Below are positions 10,831 to 23,898 of a DNA stretch of 64,000 bases, in pieces. The translations under genes were made by a program, and so were the position numbers. This DNA is from Felis catus (lineage: Eukaryota), in the NCBI RefSeq assembly GCF_018350175.1, contig NC_058368.1, positions 167,774,001-167,838,000 of the forward strand, read 5' to 3'. Position 1 is the first letter of the stretch. The number at the start of each line of letters is the position of its first letter. The notes below the pieces were generated by a model that was given only the letters and a program-made list of their open reading frames with translations, made no database searches and had not been told where the DNA came from.

Positions 10831-13800
10831 TTAGTCTTTTATTCCCTGTGAGGCACTAATCTCTTTTTCCTGTATGATCCACTCACTTCTCATCTCTATA
10901 TTATCCCACTCTTGAGTATATATCTGTACTCTTATAGGTGTTCTTGTATTGTGTGGATTTACGTCTTTATATGGATACCACTGAATATTGAGCTCAACAG
11001 CAATTTTTCCTGTGCTACCTTAAGGAATTTCAAAATAACTTTGTTTTCCTGTTACTTAACACAGGCCATTTAAAATTTTTTAATTTTTTAAAAATTGCTA
11101 ATTGGTACAATCAATAAAAATAAATATTACTTTTAAAATGGGATCCCTGGTGCCAAAATATGCAACAGGACTCATAATTTAAAAAGACTGTCTGAATGAG
11201 TTCCATTTACTTGAAGCTTATCTGACAATATGCTGAAAAATTAAGCATGTAAAAAAAGAGTGTCTGTTACAAATTTGCTCACTTATTAAAGAAACTATTG
11301 AATTCTAAATGGGAAAAATGTAAAGGAAAATACTTAGAAGAAATGCTAGAGAAGGGAGAGCAGAATCTTACTGAGGGATACATTCTCCACTTTCATATAC
11401 ATTTTGACCTCAGGATATACCAGGCAGGGAACAAGACAGATAATGCTAGAAAGAGTCCTAGTGTTCATCACCATATTGGTAATATGGTCTTAGAGAGTGT
11501 CTGCAGTCCTTTGCTTAAGCAAGGACGTTAGAACACAACTATTTCAGAAAGCAGGAACAAACGTTAGTGTGCCAAAAAGCAGTCACATTTGAAAAACTAG
11601 TGCCAAAATTCATTGAGTTTGCCCAGAGCCTTCATCCCGATACTGCTATGCTTCGCCCTTTAGCAAGCAGTCATTAGGAGCTTCATCAGAGGGACCCTCT
11701 GAGAGATTTTTGTTTATTAAGCTATTTTATCCTTGTGGCAGAATAATACTTTTGAAACTTTAATCAATGTATTTTGTACCCATTCAAGCAGCTGGGCCAC
11801 TTTATGCTCATTGCTTCAAGGGAAGGATGCTACACAAAGTGGAAACAAAATTACATTCCTGGCTTTTGTCATCCAAAATCCTGGGCTCTTGCGTGTCCTA
11901 AGGAGAAAAAGTGACAAAAAGTTTGAGAGCTATGGATTTGAGGGAGAAAATGTAGAAAAGTATTCCTCTTTACCCGTGTAACTCCTCAGACCAGAAAAAA
12001 ATTCCCTGAGCTGGAGAAAATGGAAGAGAGACAGGGAGGAATCCATAGAATATAGATGGTGGTGGCTCCTGGACACAAGGGTCTTTTGGCCCTGTCTCCT
12101 GGGCTGAGGCCCCAGGGAGGAGAAGCAAGGTGCTTTCCCAAATCTGAGACCAGAGAGCACCTGTGCCCTTTCCCAGAGGGATGAAATGGCAGTACGGTGA
12201 ATCTAGGCAGACAGGGCGGGCCTATGATGGCCTGGCAGAGATTTTCAGCTTTCAGAATGGCACGTGGCATGAAGACAGCAAAAATGATGGCTCTAACATC
12301 AAGCATGGCACTGAACAGTGGAGAGAGATATTTGACCCCACGGGTCCAGGTGAACAGGAGCAAAGGACCAAATATGGACTCCTAAGTAGAGACTTGGGTG
12401 GCAGACACTCCAAACACCAAAAGCACCCCCCCCAACCTCTTTCCACCTGCCCCTCTGTACCCTCTGCGGATCCCTGGCCCCCAGATGCCACCCCCTGGAG
12501 AATGGCAAGAGGGGACCTTAGATTAATGGAGGGTAAATTTCCTCCACCTCAGCAGAGCCAGGGCTTAATCTAAAATTAAGCAGAGTTAAAGAAAAATAAA
12601 TCCTCACACACCTGATTTGTGATGTGCAGTCTCACTGCAGCCCTCATAAAAAGTCCTGAGATGAAACTGGAGAGCCCGCCTGAGAGACAAGAGCAGGTGA
12701 GAGAAGAAGCCTGAGAAGGAGTAGCCGGAACACGGATGGGGCAACAATGTCTCCTGCGGTCGGAGGCACACCCTCCCCGCTCTCTTCGCGAGTCTCATCT
12801 CCAGCTCTGTCTAAGTTTTGAAGCTGAGAGAAAAGAAAGCATGTCAGAGGGAATTGGGGCCTTTAATACCGTGCGCTGCAGTTAGTTCTTGAAGCAGAGT
12901 AACTGCCGAGGTGTTTAAAAATGAAGTGCAGTCCTCCACTCTGAGCGCCTCACATGCAGGAACTTCAGTGAGCTCACATCCCTTTCACATTTGTTCCAAA
13001 GGCTCCCCTCACTCCTGAGGGTGAAGCTCTGGGTTTTTCAACTGTTCAAATGCAGTGTTTAGAGCCGGGCACAAAGTTTCCGATTCCAAAGCAGTAGCAG
13101 TGGAGAATGGAGCCCGAGGCGCCTCAGGGCTTCCTTGCCAGGTCCCGAGCAATGGTGGTGCCCCCAGAAGGCAGCCCCCCGAGGAGCTGTGGCCTCAGAC
13201 CCTCCAACTGGAGCCACAAAGAGCCTGAGTCCAAAGGGAGCCTCTCTGCTCGTTAAAACACCGAATGACTGAGCCGAAAAGACTCCATGTCGCTAAATCA
13301 TGATAAAGCAGGCTTTATTTTACAATATGGTATGGGTGTTGGTCACTAATACTGAAGGCAGCTGACAGATGAGCCATCTACATCCCAGGAAGGAAACAGG
13401 ACTGGCTGAATTTTAAGCAAAAGCCTTGGAACGACAAACACAAATATGTTAAGGCCTGGCCAAGGGCAAGTCAATAAATAAAAAGGGAAAGACAGACTCC
13501 CTGGTGTGGCTGCCAGAGGTTAAGATTGATTACTTTGCACGTGTTGTAAGAGAAGTTGCATGTAATGCACTTCATATTTTTGCTTCTAATCGTACCATTT
13601 CTGGCTTTCAGAGGAGTTCCCTTATCCCGGATGCACACTAGAAGGCCTGGCAGATAAGGGAAATATATTCCTTCTGGACAGCCTCCCTGTAACGTGTGGT
13701 CACAACGAAATCAACTGTGTCATCTCAGGATCCCTCTCAGAGCATGGGAAAGAAGATGACAAGAGCATCTCTTGGGGTCTGCAGGGTCCTCTGAAGCCCA

Positions 13801-14444
13801 AGAGTAGGGCCTTTGAAGGTACAGATCTATCTGGTAATATTTCAGGGACATGTGGAAGGCTCCTGCCTCTTCCAGTTGCTCCCAGGTACACAAAACTCTT
13901 TTAAGTAAATACAATCTTTCTTTCCACTGCTAGAAGGAAGTTCACATTGAGGTGTAAATGACTGATATCAGATTCTTTTCCAAGGATGGCTTTTGAGAAG
14001 AGGAAAAAGGAGGGAGCCTGGGACTATTATTGGTAGCTGCCGTTGTGCCTTGGGGAGGAAGGGGATGCTGTGTGGGGGAGAACGATGAAAAATGTGAAAC
14101 GTGAAGTTGCCAAGTTGATCACTTCATCATTTTCCACAGGGCCGGTCTTATCCAAAAGTAATGACATGGCTCTGCTGTGCCATGCGGAGGTGTCATTTAG
14201 GATAATCCATCAATGGGGAGATCTTATATGTTCCACATTATTAACAATGATGGAGGTGGAACTGCCACCAAAACACATGGCCTTCTCCAGCTCTGGCTTT
14301 CTGGGTTATTTAGGACTTCGTGTAAAAGACAGTCCTAATGTCTGCCTAGCAGAGCTGACAGCTGAGTCTGGGTGGGGAGGGCAGTGGTTGAAAACCAGCA
14401 GGACCTCCTTGGACCTTTTACAAATGAAGGACCCAAAAGGTTCT

Positions 14445-15440
14445 TGACCAAAAAGTCTTTTCATCATGAATATCTCAATTCTCCTTAAATTAAGTTATAA
14501 ATTTAACATGAGCTCAGTAAAAGTACTCTAGTTCTTTCCTGGACCTAAACAAATGAGCTGAATTTAAAGTTCAGATGGAAAAAACAAATAATCAAAATAA
14601 CCTGGAAACCTCTGAAAAATAATTGGCCAGAGCAGGGATTTTTAGAGACCAATTCTAGTAGATATTAATAAAAAGTTCCAATGTTTAAACACTGGTGTTG
14701 CCATATAAAAAGACCTTTAGACAGAATAGATATTATAGAAGAAAAATAAAATACATATACATATAGAATTTAGTATACAGTAAAGACTGACTTTTTATAC
14801 CAGACATTGGGAACACTGAGTGTCATGTGCTGAGCGATAAAATTGGATCCATACTTTATACTATATACAAAGATTAATTCTTTACATGTGAAAAATGAAA
14901 CACAAAAATACCAGAAGGAAACGTGGGAGAATCTTGGTGTAGGAAAGCCCTTTCTAATTATGACTGAAAATTCAGAATCCATAATGAAAGAGATTGATAA
15001 ATTCAGCCACATTAAAAATAAACAAAGTTCTCCATGCAAAAGCAGCATAAAGAAAGTAAAAGAGAAAAAAAATAGTTGCAACTCATATACAGACAAAGCG
15101 CTAATTTCTCTATAAAAAGAACCCCTAGAAAAGAAGATAGAATCCAACATAGAATAATGAACAAATAACATGAAAAAAAAAAAAAACTGTAGAAAAAGAA
15201 ACACAAATGCCAAACATACATCAAAATGATCAGTGTCACTCATTACAAGAGAAAAGCAAATTAAAAATATCCAGAGATGCCATTTCTTTCCATGAGACAA
15301 ACAATAATCCTGAAGTCAGACAACACATTCTACTAGAGGGGCAGGGAAAGAGGAGCACGTAGCCATTGCTGATTCAGAAGATGAAATGGGAAACTCCCAA
15401 GGGAGGAAATGTGACCGCGTCCTTCAAAATAATAATGCAT
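14445..15440 (+). mobile_element. Old LINE-1 (L1M) ORF2 3' region, degraded
   Basis: ORF 14843-15115 (DPYFILYTKINS...LGVGKPFL...KEIDKFSHIK) matches the L1 ORF2p motif LDPYLTPYTKINS...IGMGKDF...KIDKWDLIK; A-rich sense strand. Confidence 0.85.
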
Positions 15441-15574
15441 CTGCCCCACTTCCACTTTCAGTTAAGATAGAGTTAAATAAAACTAAATGTATTCTCTCAC
15501 CTTAAATAACAATAGACAGAAGAAATGTTTGAAGGAAAAATGTTTATACATTGGACAAAAGCAGATAGAACAGC

Positions 15575-16050
15575 GGTGACGGTTAACTTTATATGTGAAC
15601 TTGACTGGGTCACGTGGTACCCAGATATTTGGTCAAACCCTACTCTGGATGTGTCTGTGAGGGTGTTTCTGGATGGTATAAGTGTATGAACCATATGCAG
15701 TAGACTGGATAAAGCAGATTGCCCTGCCTAGTGTGGGTGGGCCTCATGCAATCAGTTAAAGGCCTGAATAGAACAAAAAGGCTCCCATGAGTAAGAAAGA
15801 ACTCCTTCTTCCGGATTGCCTTTGGGCTGGGATATCATTTTTTTCCTGTTTTCAGACTCAAACTGAAACACTGGCTCTTCCTGGATCTCAGACTAAAATT
15901 ACACCATCTGCTTTCCTGGGTCTTCAGCTTGCCGACCACAAATCTTAGGACTTGTCAGCCTCCATAATCACTGGATCCAATTCTTTATAATAAATTATAT
16001 AAATCATATATTATATATCCTGTTGGTTCTGGTTCTCTGGAGAACTCCAA
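15575..16050 (+). mobile_element. ERV-L solo LTR (MLT2 family)
   Basis: gtgacggttaactttatatgtgaacttgactggg...gtgtgggtgggcctcatgcaatcagttaaaggcctgaatagaacaaaaag...cctgttggttctggttctctggagaac. Confidence 0.85.
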
Positions 16051-17482
16051 GGTGAGCCTGTGGTTGCCACAGCCTATGTCCGAAGAGAGTCTCCAGGTTC
16101 CAACCCAGGGACAGGGGAGTCCCAAATTACCTGCAGCAGGCTAAGTTGAGGAGACAAAATTTAGATTTCAGGGAGGTTAAACTTCACAGGGTAAAGCACC
16201 AGGCAGGTTAGAGGTCACAGAGAGAACACTTCAGAGATCCCAGTGTTCCCTTTCATTCGCTGCCTAAGAACACTTCATCCATGAGTTGGTCTCAACTGTA
16301 GGTGTCATTTATTGCGGCAAGCATCTTTACAGATTGTGATCCTTGACTTTAAAGACCCGTTTTCTACACAATATAGCCTCTAAGCCCCAACCCACTGCTT
16401 CATTTGGTGCACAACTTGAGAAACAAAGATCTACTCTGAAGGCAAACTTGGTTGTGTTGGACTCAGTGGAAGACAGGTGCTTGTTTGCAGCACAGTGCCC
16501 TTCTAAGAGATTTTCAGAGACCATTTTGACCACCTGCTATTTTCACCTGCATTAGACTTTATCTCTGTGTGAAATGCAAGTCAAACAAAAAAGAATACTA
16601 GATTTTAAGTCAGGAGACTTATAGGCTCTAGTCTGTCACATAACTGCTCTGGGTTTGTTTTCATCCTTACAAAAAGGAAGTTGCTTCATTACGTGATCTC
16701 TAAAGACCGTTGAGTTCTACAATTCTAAAAAAAATTCTAATAACACATCATAGTTACAAAGAATTTACAACACTCTAAGATAAGGCATAATTGCACTCAT
16801 TCTAAAATATATAGTTATGCTACTTAATTTTACAATGAGACTTAATTAATTCTCTTTTCCCACCGTCAAAAGCCCCAGTGGAATAATTGCCTTTGCAAGT
16901 AGTGCAGAGATTTGGTGCCCTGATTGGACACTCTGGATCACAATTTGCTTTCATAGCAGCAGGAGAAAACCTTGGCAAGTAGCAATACTTTATTCACTGG
17001 AGAAAAGGAGAATGTGGTTGCCATAGGAAAGCCACCTCTATCCCTCTCTTTACAGCCCCAGGAGCCCCTCCTGAAAAGCTGTCGCCAGGTAAATGTTGCC
17101 AGGTAAGTGCCATGGGAAGGATTTAGCTCAGTGGATAAATCTTGTTCCTTCGCCTGCCTTGAACAGGTGAATCCATCTGAAGCAAATGTTCCCAATTGGA
17201 CTTTTTCATAGAGACTTGTTGAAATAATCAGTGCCCCTAGGCCCCAGAGCCACCAGGGAACGTCTGACTTAACCACAGTTTTACTCATCTTTCAGCTGAA
17301 GCAGACCTTCAAACATAAACCTGAGTTGTCAGGGGCACTGAGTGGATTTGTGACCCTCCCTGGAGGTGGTTGGCTCCAAACCCTGAGAATGTGTTACATG
17401 AAAAAATAAATCCCTTTTTTTTTAACCATCTGTGAATGAAAAACATTCTTCATATGTTTAACTGTTTTAAATTGCCATATGT

Positions 17483-17484
<2 letters not shown>

Positions 17485-17518
<34 letters not shown>
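17485..17518. repeat. (CA)17 microsatellite
   Basis: Perfect CA run read directly. Confidence 0.95.
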
Positions 17519-17521
<3 letters not shown>

Positions 17522-18324
17522 CACATGCCTGTTTTGGGGTTGGGATCAAGTCAGCACTATAGGTTTGGACTCCTCTTTCAACCCTCGGCTTTTCCTTTCA
17601 AGGAGGCTATGTAGGTAAACAACTTCCAGGTTTGGACCTACCCAGAAATAGAGCAATTTTAGTCTTAGCAGGGGTGCTATGACTGACTTTTCTGGAATTT
17701 CAACCATCTGCTGTAATTCTCCCCCTCCCCTTTCAACCATTCACTAAACTGCCCCCATGCTGCCACAGAATCACAAACATGTGAGGCCCAAAACCATGGC
17801 AAAATAGGGCAATGGCACTTTATGTAGCTTTATTTTATGAGTGGGATAGATGGGTAGAGAGGAAAGGGAGAAGGAAGAAACTAAAAGAATTCAACCGTCC
17901 CTCATTAACTCTGAATAAAAGAACTCATTGGCTTCTTTCAAAGACTTTTTGTTTGGTTGTTTGTTTGAATTAATTTTTCTGGGAAATAAGCTTTTCTTAT
18001 TGTCTGAAGTCCACCATTCATCTCTCAAAGCTGTTGGAGGATGAAGGCAAAATCCTTAACGGTACCTGTCGCAGGATCTGTTTTGGTCTGACCCTCCCAT
18101 GGTGATTAAAGAATTGTCAGTGAGCAAGGGGCTAACTCATGGAGGCATTATTTTCTAGATCTAGAATCAAATCCTCTTATGAAGGACCTTTTTAATAGAC
18201 TTACAGATATTGCCAAGTAAGTCCATTTATAGCACGCAGAGGGTACTGATGTTTGCCTACTCAGATCAACCCCCTTCCTGACTTGCTGGCACAAATGTTT
18301 CTTCGCACCAGAGTATTGATAGTG

Positions 18325-19138
18325 ATCCATTCTCCCTGAATGAGGTTTTCATTTAGCCATAACCATGTGACCCAATTCGAGACAAAGAGCTATAAAAGAC
18401 TTGGGGCTTCTGGGGGAAAGCTGTCTTTGGAAGACATAGCTAACGTTCACTATTATCTGGTTCTCCTCTACTAGACATACATGGTAAATTGTGCTTCCCT
18501 ATTTCCTTGAAGTGAGGCAGGGACTTGGTAGAGTTCTGGCCAATGAAACCTAGGAGGAAGGTACATGTGCCACTTCAGGCCAAAAGATTTAACAGCAGGA
18601 GCTACACTTTCCAACCTTCTCTTCCCCTGTCATTGCAACATCTGAAGTTCTTTTTAAGATGAGAGCCTCCATTAGCGTGGATCCTTTACAGTGAGTTAGC
18701 AAATCTGTGAAAGACATGGAACATGAGCAAGCAGTGTACTAGTATTGTCTTAAGCCATTAACATTTGGAGGTTTGTTTGTTACTACAATATATAATCTAT
18801 TTTATCATGACCGATGCAGCTTTTCTTGCTCTTGAGAAATAGACATAAATGCAAGAAGGAACAGTTTCTGGAGACTATTTGGTGAGGATATGACACTTGG
18901 AGATGCTGCTGCCATCTTGTAACCATGAGGGGACAGAGTGGATCAACTCAAGTCAGAGGAGAATGCTAACACATAAAAACAAAGCAAATGGGCCCTTGAC
19001 AATGTCATTGAACCACAAAATTAAACCTGGAAGAGCCTGTCACCAGACTTCTTATGTGAGATAATCAACATCTCATTTTTATGCCACTTTCAGCCAGATT
19101 TTCTCTTATTTGCAGCCAAAAGCATCTTAACTGATACA
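18325..19138 (+). mobile_element. Old MaLR LTR (MLT1K/L-like) interrupted by a second MaLR LTR (MLT1I/J-like, ~18422-18818)
   Basis: Two MLT1-type 3' termini (…ttaagccattaacatttggaggtttgtttgttactaca…tgaccgatgca at 18818; …atttgcagccaaaagcatcttaactgataca at 19138); internal motifs ttctggccaatgaaa and gctgctgccatcttgtaaccatgaggg. Confidence 0.65.
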
Positions 19139-19190
19139 TTGCAGAAGAGGTTATCTGCCTGTCTCTTTCTCTCTGTATCTTTCTTTGACT

Positions 19191-19246
19191 CCATCCATCC
19201 ATCTATCCATCCACCCATCCATCCATCCATCCATCCATCTATCCAT
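19191..19246. repeat. (CCAT)n tetranucleotide microsatellite, imperfect
   Basis: Read directly. Confidence 0.9.
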
Positions 19247-20074
19247 GTGATTAACAAATATAGCATTTAGTTTTTAGGTCATGCCAGTTATGGGAAACAA
19301 AACAAAACAAAGGAACACTGTAGTTTTAACTGAAGCTGTACAAGGATTTGCTGGAACTGCAAATTTCCTGCAAATCACCCCAGTGATCACTGATGCTGCT
19401 TTTATTACTGACTACCTCCAGAAGGCCACACTGAATCTTTTAAGGTAGTGCTGGAAAGCTGAAGGTTGTCTGAGCCATAGGGCCTCTTTGTTGGCTACTT
19501 TCAGTTTAGTCCTTCTACAAATATGTCTCCTGTGTATAGGCTTCGTGCTGGGTACTGCCATGGCTACAGGGAATGACACATAGTCCCTGCCATGAAGAAG
19601 AGACAGAATGGCTGGGCAGGGAGGTGAAACAGAAAAATCAAGAGGCCACTTGAATACAGTTGAATGCCACTGTGATCTGCAGATCCCCTGCAGCTTCTCA
19701 TCACCTTCTCTTCTGGACCCCACTCTGCCCACCACATCTGTGTCCAATGCTGGCTTCTCATCACAGCGGTCTGTGCCTGTCCTATAAGCTCCAAACCTTC
19801 ACAGCCAAGTATTCATCAAGCCCTGAAATGGCTTTGCTCTGTGAGGTCTAGACTGATGCCTAGAGGTGGATTAGGGTTTTTCTTTAACTCTTTACTGGCC
19901 ACATTACAGCCCTGTTTTGACCACTCCTAACCAGTGAATGTTTCAGGACAGTCTCTTACCTGCAAGATGGCTTCCTGAGCACCCATCATGAGGACTGGAA
20001 GGCAGTCTTTCTGTCCCTTGATTCCTGGCTCTGGGGCCAACAATCCTCTCAGAGCTGGAAATTCCAATTATGGA

Positions 20075-20460
20075 ATGAACTGTCCCAAAGCAGATGCTTA
20101 TATAGAATTTGGGGTACAAGATTTTCTTTAGGGAATAATAGCTGTGAATGGAAAGCAGATAAGGTGGGATTAGACAGAGGAACAAGTAAAACGACAATGC
20201 TCAGCCACCCGGGTGTGAGTACTGCCCTTCAGAAGATACAGTGTTGGACTGTAATGCCCAGGCCTTCATACTGCTCCTCTTGCTCAGTCTCCAAATGAGA
20301 GCTGCCTTGGAAAGAGCACGATCACAAGCAAGGCACCCTCCGCAGCTGAGGCTGACCGTGACGAAACTGACGGCTGGAGCTGTGTCTGCCGCACTCCCAC
20401 AGTACAGCAACAAGTCCTTCCCTGAAGGGGTTCCGGGAGGCACATCTCAGTGTCCACCAC
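20075..20460 (-). mobile_element. 3' LTR of ERV-L provirus (LTR16-like)
   Basis: Starts TGTGGTGG on minus, directly after the PPT-like AAAGGGTGGAC; homologous to 21770-22132. Confidence 0.7.
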
Positions 20461-21769
20461 AGTCCACCCTTTGAGCTGCTTGGATCTAATTCTCCATATG
20501 TGTTCAGGGAGCAGCTCCTCCAGGGTTCCCATGAACCTCTTTTAAAAAGGGGAAATCAGTGAGTAATTACACTCCCAGTGTGGTTGTCTGAGCAAGACAA
20601 GTATTTTCAGGGTCCACAGCGATGTTTATTTTCTTATCTTCCAGTCACCCTCACGTACCACCTCTGCTAACCTTGGTGGCTGGACCCAGACCACCCTCTC
20701 CACGGATCATTATATCTTTCTCTAATGGCATTGTTAATTCTGTCTATTTAGAGTGAGAATTAGGTAAGGCATAAAAAGCGGCACCCATCTGGTTCCACAC
20801 ATAGTCCTCCCTGTTTCCACATTATAATAGAAGCCCACCTGCCCCTGATGACCAGGGTCACTTATCTCCATAATTCATCTTGCCTACCTCTCCCTGCATA
20901 CAAGGATCCTATAATGCCTAGGCAGTAGCTATAGTTAGAATTTAATGGGACCCTTGCTGTGTCCCCTAGAGGAAGTCTATCTCCTTTGGGACATCTTTGG
21001 GTTGCAGGGACATGAAGCACAATGTTCCCTAGTGGGTCGTTGGGAGTGGGGTCCACTCCTATCCCTATGCCTTGGTTCCTAGACACATGAATTCTTCCTA
21101 TTGGAAACATAGTGTTGTAGGGACATAATGCCCTACAAAGGCTTTTGGTTCAATGTATATATTATATCCTTCTGGGCAGTGTGGAATATATATGATCAAC
21201 CCATGGATACCATGGTCACGTGGGGATACCATAGCTTCTTTGAGGGCATCTGCTCAGATGTTCATTTGTCAAGGTCCTACATTTCCCTGCCAGGAAAACC
21301 CTGACCTTGGGTTAACAGATCTTTCTTGGTTGGTTCATCCAGTCTGACTTGAAGTCCTGGGCTTGGTCCTTGGCTTGCTGCACTCTCTAGCTAGAGGAGA
21401 GGAGAGCTTCACTGTGTGCAAGCAAAGAGGCCCTAGGCTTTCACCTCTGGCTTTCGGTTACCTATTTCTTGCCTTCAGTTGTTTGTGATCTTTCCTTGGA
21501 GCATCATCGATACTTAGCAGTAGTCCCCTAATCCTGTTATCTTTCTGTCCACACCATCATAAGTTTCAGGTGCCTCACATATAGTTGTCACTAGTAAATT
21601 CCCTTCCACCAATATGACATAGCAATCCACCACTGAGGGGAGTTTTAACAAAAGGACCACCACCTGGTGCCCCAAAATGGGCCCTAATTGCCAGTGAAGT
21701 GGTAAGTGGTTTGGCTTTAAAGCTCTATCTTATCACCCCCTGCTATCTTAGACTTCTCTCAGTATTGAA
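20461..21769 (-). mobile_element. Internally deleted ERV-L (ERV3-16A3-like) internal region with gag and dUTPase remnants
   Basis: ORF 20862-21110 (GRIHVSRNQGIG…PNDPLG…VPAT…LPLGDTARVPLN) resembles the ERV-L integrase-end/dUTPase region; around 21480-21545 the minus strand reads KDNRIRGLLLSIDDAPRKDHKQLK, like the ERV-L gag N-terminus. Confidence 0.7.
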
Positions 21770-22132
21770 AGGCTGATTCCCCAGAAGCAGTTCCTGAGGC
21801 AATTTGGGGACCATGATATTTATTAAGTATTAATACTTATAAAGAGAAGGGGGAGAGAAAGGATTGGTCCAAGGAAGAAGGTGATCTGCAATGCAGGCCT
21901 GACAAAGCTTTGGCCAACCTGGCAGAATGCTCTGGAATAAGTGTTGTCTAGAGAGTCTCACACAAGCTTCCCTGGAAGAACGTGGCCAGCCAAATGGCTT
22001 CTGCAGCTGAGGCTGATGCTGAAGTTGCCGATGGCTGAAGGCTGGCTGCTAGCTTCACTCCCTCCCTATGGCCGGCCTGGAGGACCCTCCATGAATGGAA
22101 ATCTGCCCAGCATGTGTCCAAGTCTAACACCC
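21770..22132 (-). mobile_element. 5' LTR of ERV-L provirus (LTR16-like)
   Basis: Shares blocks with the 3' LTR: cccagaagcag…aatttgggg…gga(a/g)aag…caatgc and gcagctgaggctga…ga(c/t)ggctg…cactccc. Confidence 0.7.
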
Positions 22133-22563
22133 AGTTCTCCTTAGGCAACTCAGAGACCTCACAAACAGGTCTGTGGCATTGCACAGGGTGGGGTGGGTGC
22201 AGGACTGAAGCCACGCTGTGGTTCCTGTTGCATGGGTTCTACAAACTCGACCCTTTATTTTCCCATTGTAGGAGGGGGAAGATGACCGGGAGGGCCCAGA
22301 GAAAGACTGTGTATAATTTAGGAGGTAAAAAGAAAAAAAAACCCACAATGATCTAAGGAAAAGAAAACGGAAAGCTTTCCCTCCCCAAATACTCTCTTTC
22401 ATTGTCTTTTCTCCCTCATCTTTTTTCATCCAAAACCCAGAATAAGAACATCTAGGTTGGGAATTTCCCTATAGCCTCCAGGAAGAGAACCAGACATGTC
22501 TGTGTGGACTTTTCTTCCAAATTTTTGCTGGAAATGTTCACAGGATGGTTGCTCTTCCTTGTA

Positions 22564-22989
22564 CAGTAGTCCCCCTTAACTGCAGAGGATATGCTCTGGG
22601 ACCTGCCTAAAACCGTGGATAGCACCAAATCCTATACACATATACCTGCGATAAAGTTTAACTTATGCATTAGGCAGAGTAAGAGGTTAGCAACAATAAC
22701 TAATAACAAAAATAGAACAATCTTAACAGTAATCTGTAATAAAGTTATATGAATGTGGCCTCTCAAAATATCTTACTGTATTGTACTCACCCTTCTTCTT
22801 GTGATGATGTGAGATGATAAAATGCCTACGTGATGGGGTGGGAGGTGAATGACGCAGGCAATGATGTAGAGTTAGGCTACTATTGACCTTCAGATGATTC
22901 GCCAGAAAAAGGATCATCTGCTTCTGACCACAGTTGACCACAGGCACCTGAAACGGGAGAGCAGAAGTGCTGATAAATGGGGACTACTG
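22564..22989. mobile_element. TcMar-Tigger MITE (MER44/Tigger7 family)
   Basis: TIRs CAGTAGTCCCC…GGGGACTACTG, preceded by TA (22562-22563); internal tactcacccttcttcttgtgatgatgtgagatgataaaatgcctacgtgatg typical of MER44. Confidence 0.85.
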
Positions 22990-23898
22990 AATTTGGAAAT
23001 CCAAATAGGAAAAGAGATATCTCTTACTGTGCTCCATAAATGCCAGTCCCAGGAATCCCACCACTGGTCCTATTTTCCGCCCTATCCCTAACCATCTTGT
23101 GCCCTCCACCCGATGACCATCCTGCAGGAAACTGATCAAGTGCATCATTTTTTCTGGTGTGAACAGCCATGCGAATATAGTGAGGCATTTTCTATAGGCC
23201 TACAACATTGCATGTTTAAAAAGTTAAGACCAATTTAAAGTGCAAGTATTACTCTGAAAATGCTCCCTAATTAATAAATGTTCTACATTTTTATGTGGGA
23301 ATGTTTAATATTTAATTTTTCAATAATTTTATCATTTATAATTTATTAAATTTATTTTGTGGCTTGTATTTATTAAAAATTGATACACTTCCTATTTTTT
23401 TTTACTCCAATGTTAGACTATTTTTATGCAAAGTGAAAAAAACTGTGCTTTTAAGTCACTGAATTCTTTTTTTAAAGCCTCGATGGCAGGGTATTAAGGC
23501 TCCAATATCCTCAGCCTCCTTTATGATACTTCTCCCAACATTTTCTCAATGACTATTGTGTTTTCTAGGTCAGGGGATCGGCAACCTTTTAGATGTGAGT
23601 GAAGATGTTCAGCTTTTTTTCTCCGATGATCTGGGAGCAGAGGTTTTTGCAGTGCTAAATTTCACGGAATAAGAATGGTAGGACTTAGAGCTGCAACGGT
23701 CTACAGGTCCCTGAAAACTCAGACCCAAGATGTATGAAGATAGGTTGAGTTGCTGAATGATAGCTCAAGCATATGCAGCTTGCCGTCAGGCAAGATAAAA
23801 GGTGACAGAGAATACTGGTGGTTGGTGGTAATGTCTCAACCATTCAAAATGAAATGTTTTCAAAGAAACAAAACGCGTATGATGTCTGTGGTCTGGAT

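Noticed and set aside
11733..12798. Cluster of overlapping ORFs on both strands (60-136 aa)
   Set aside because: No recognisable domain or splice structure; expected in moderately GC-rich DNA.
14770..15300. Longest ORF (176 aa, very hydrophobic)
   Set aside because: Antisense reading of an A-rich L1 fragment; F/L richness is compositional.
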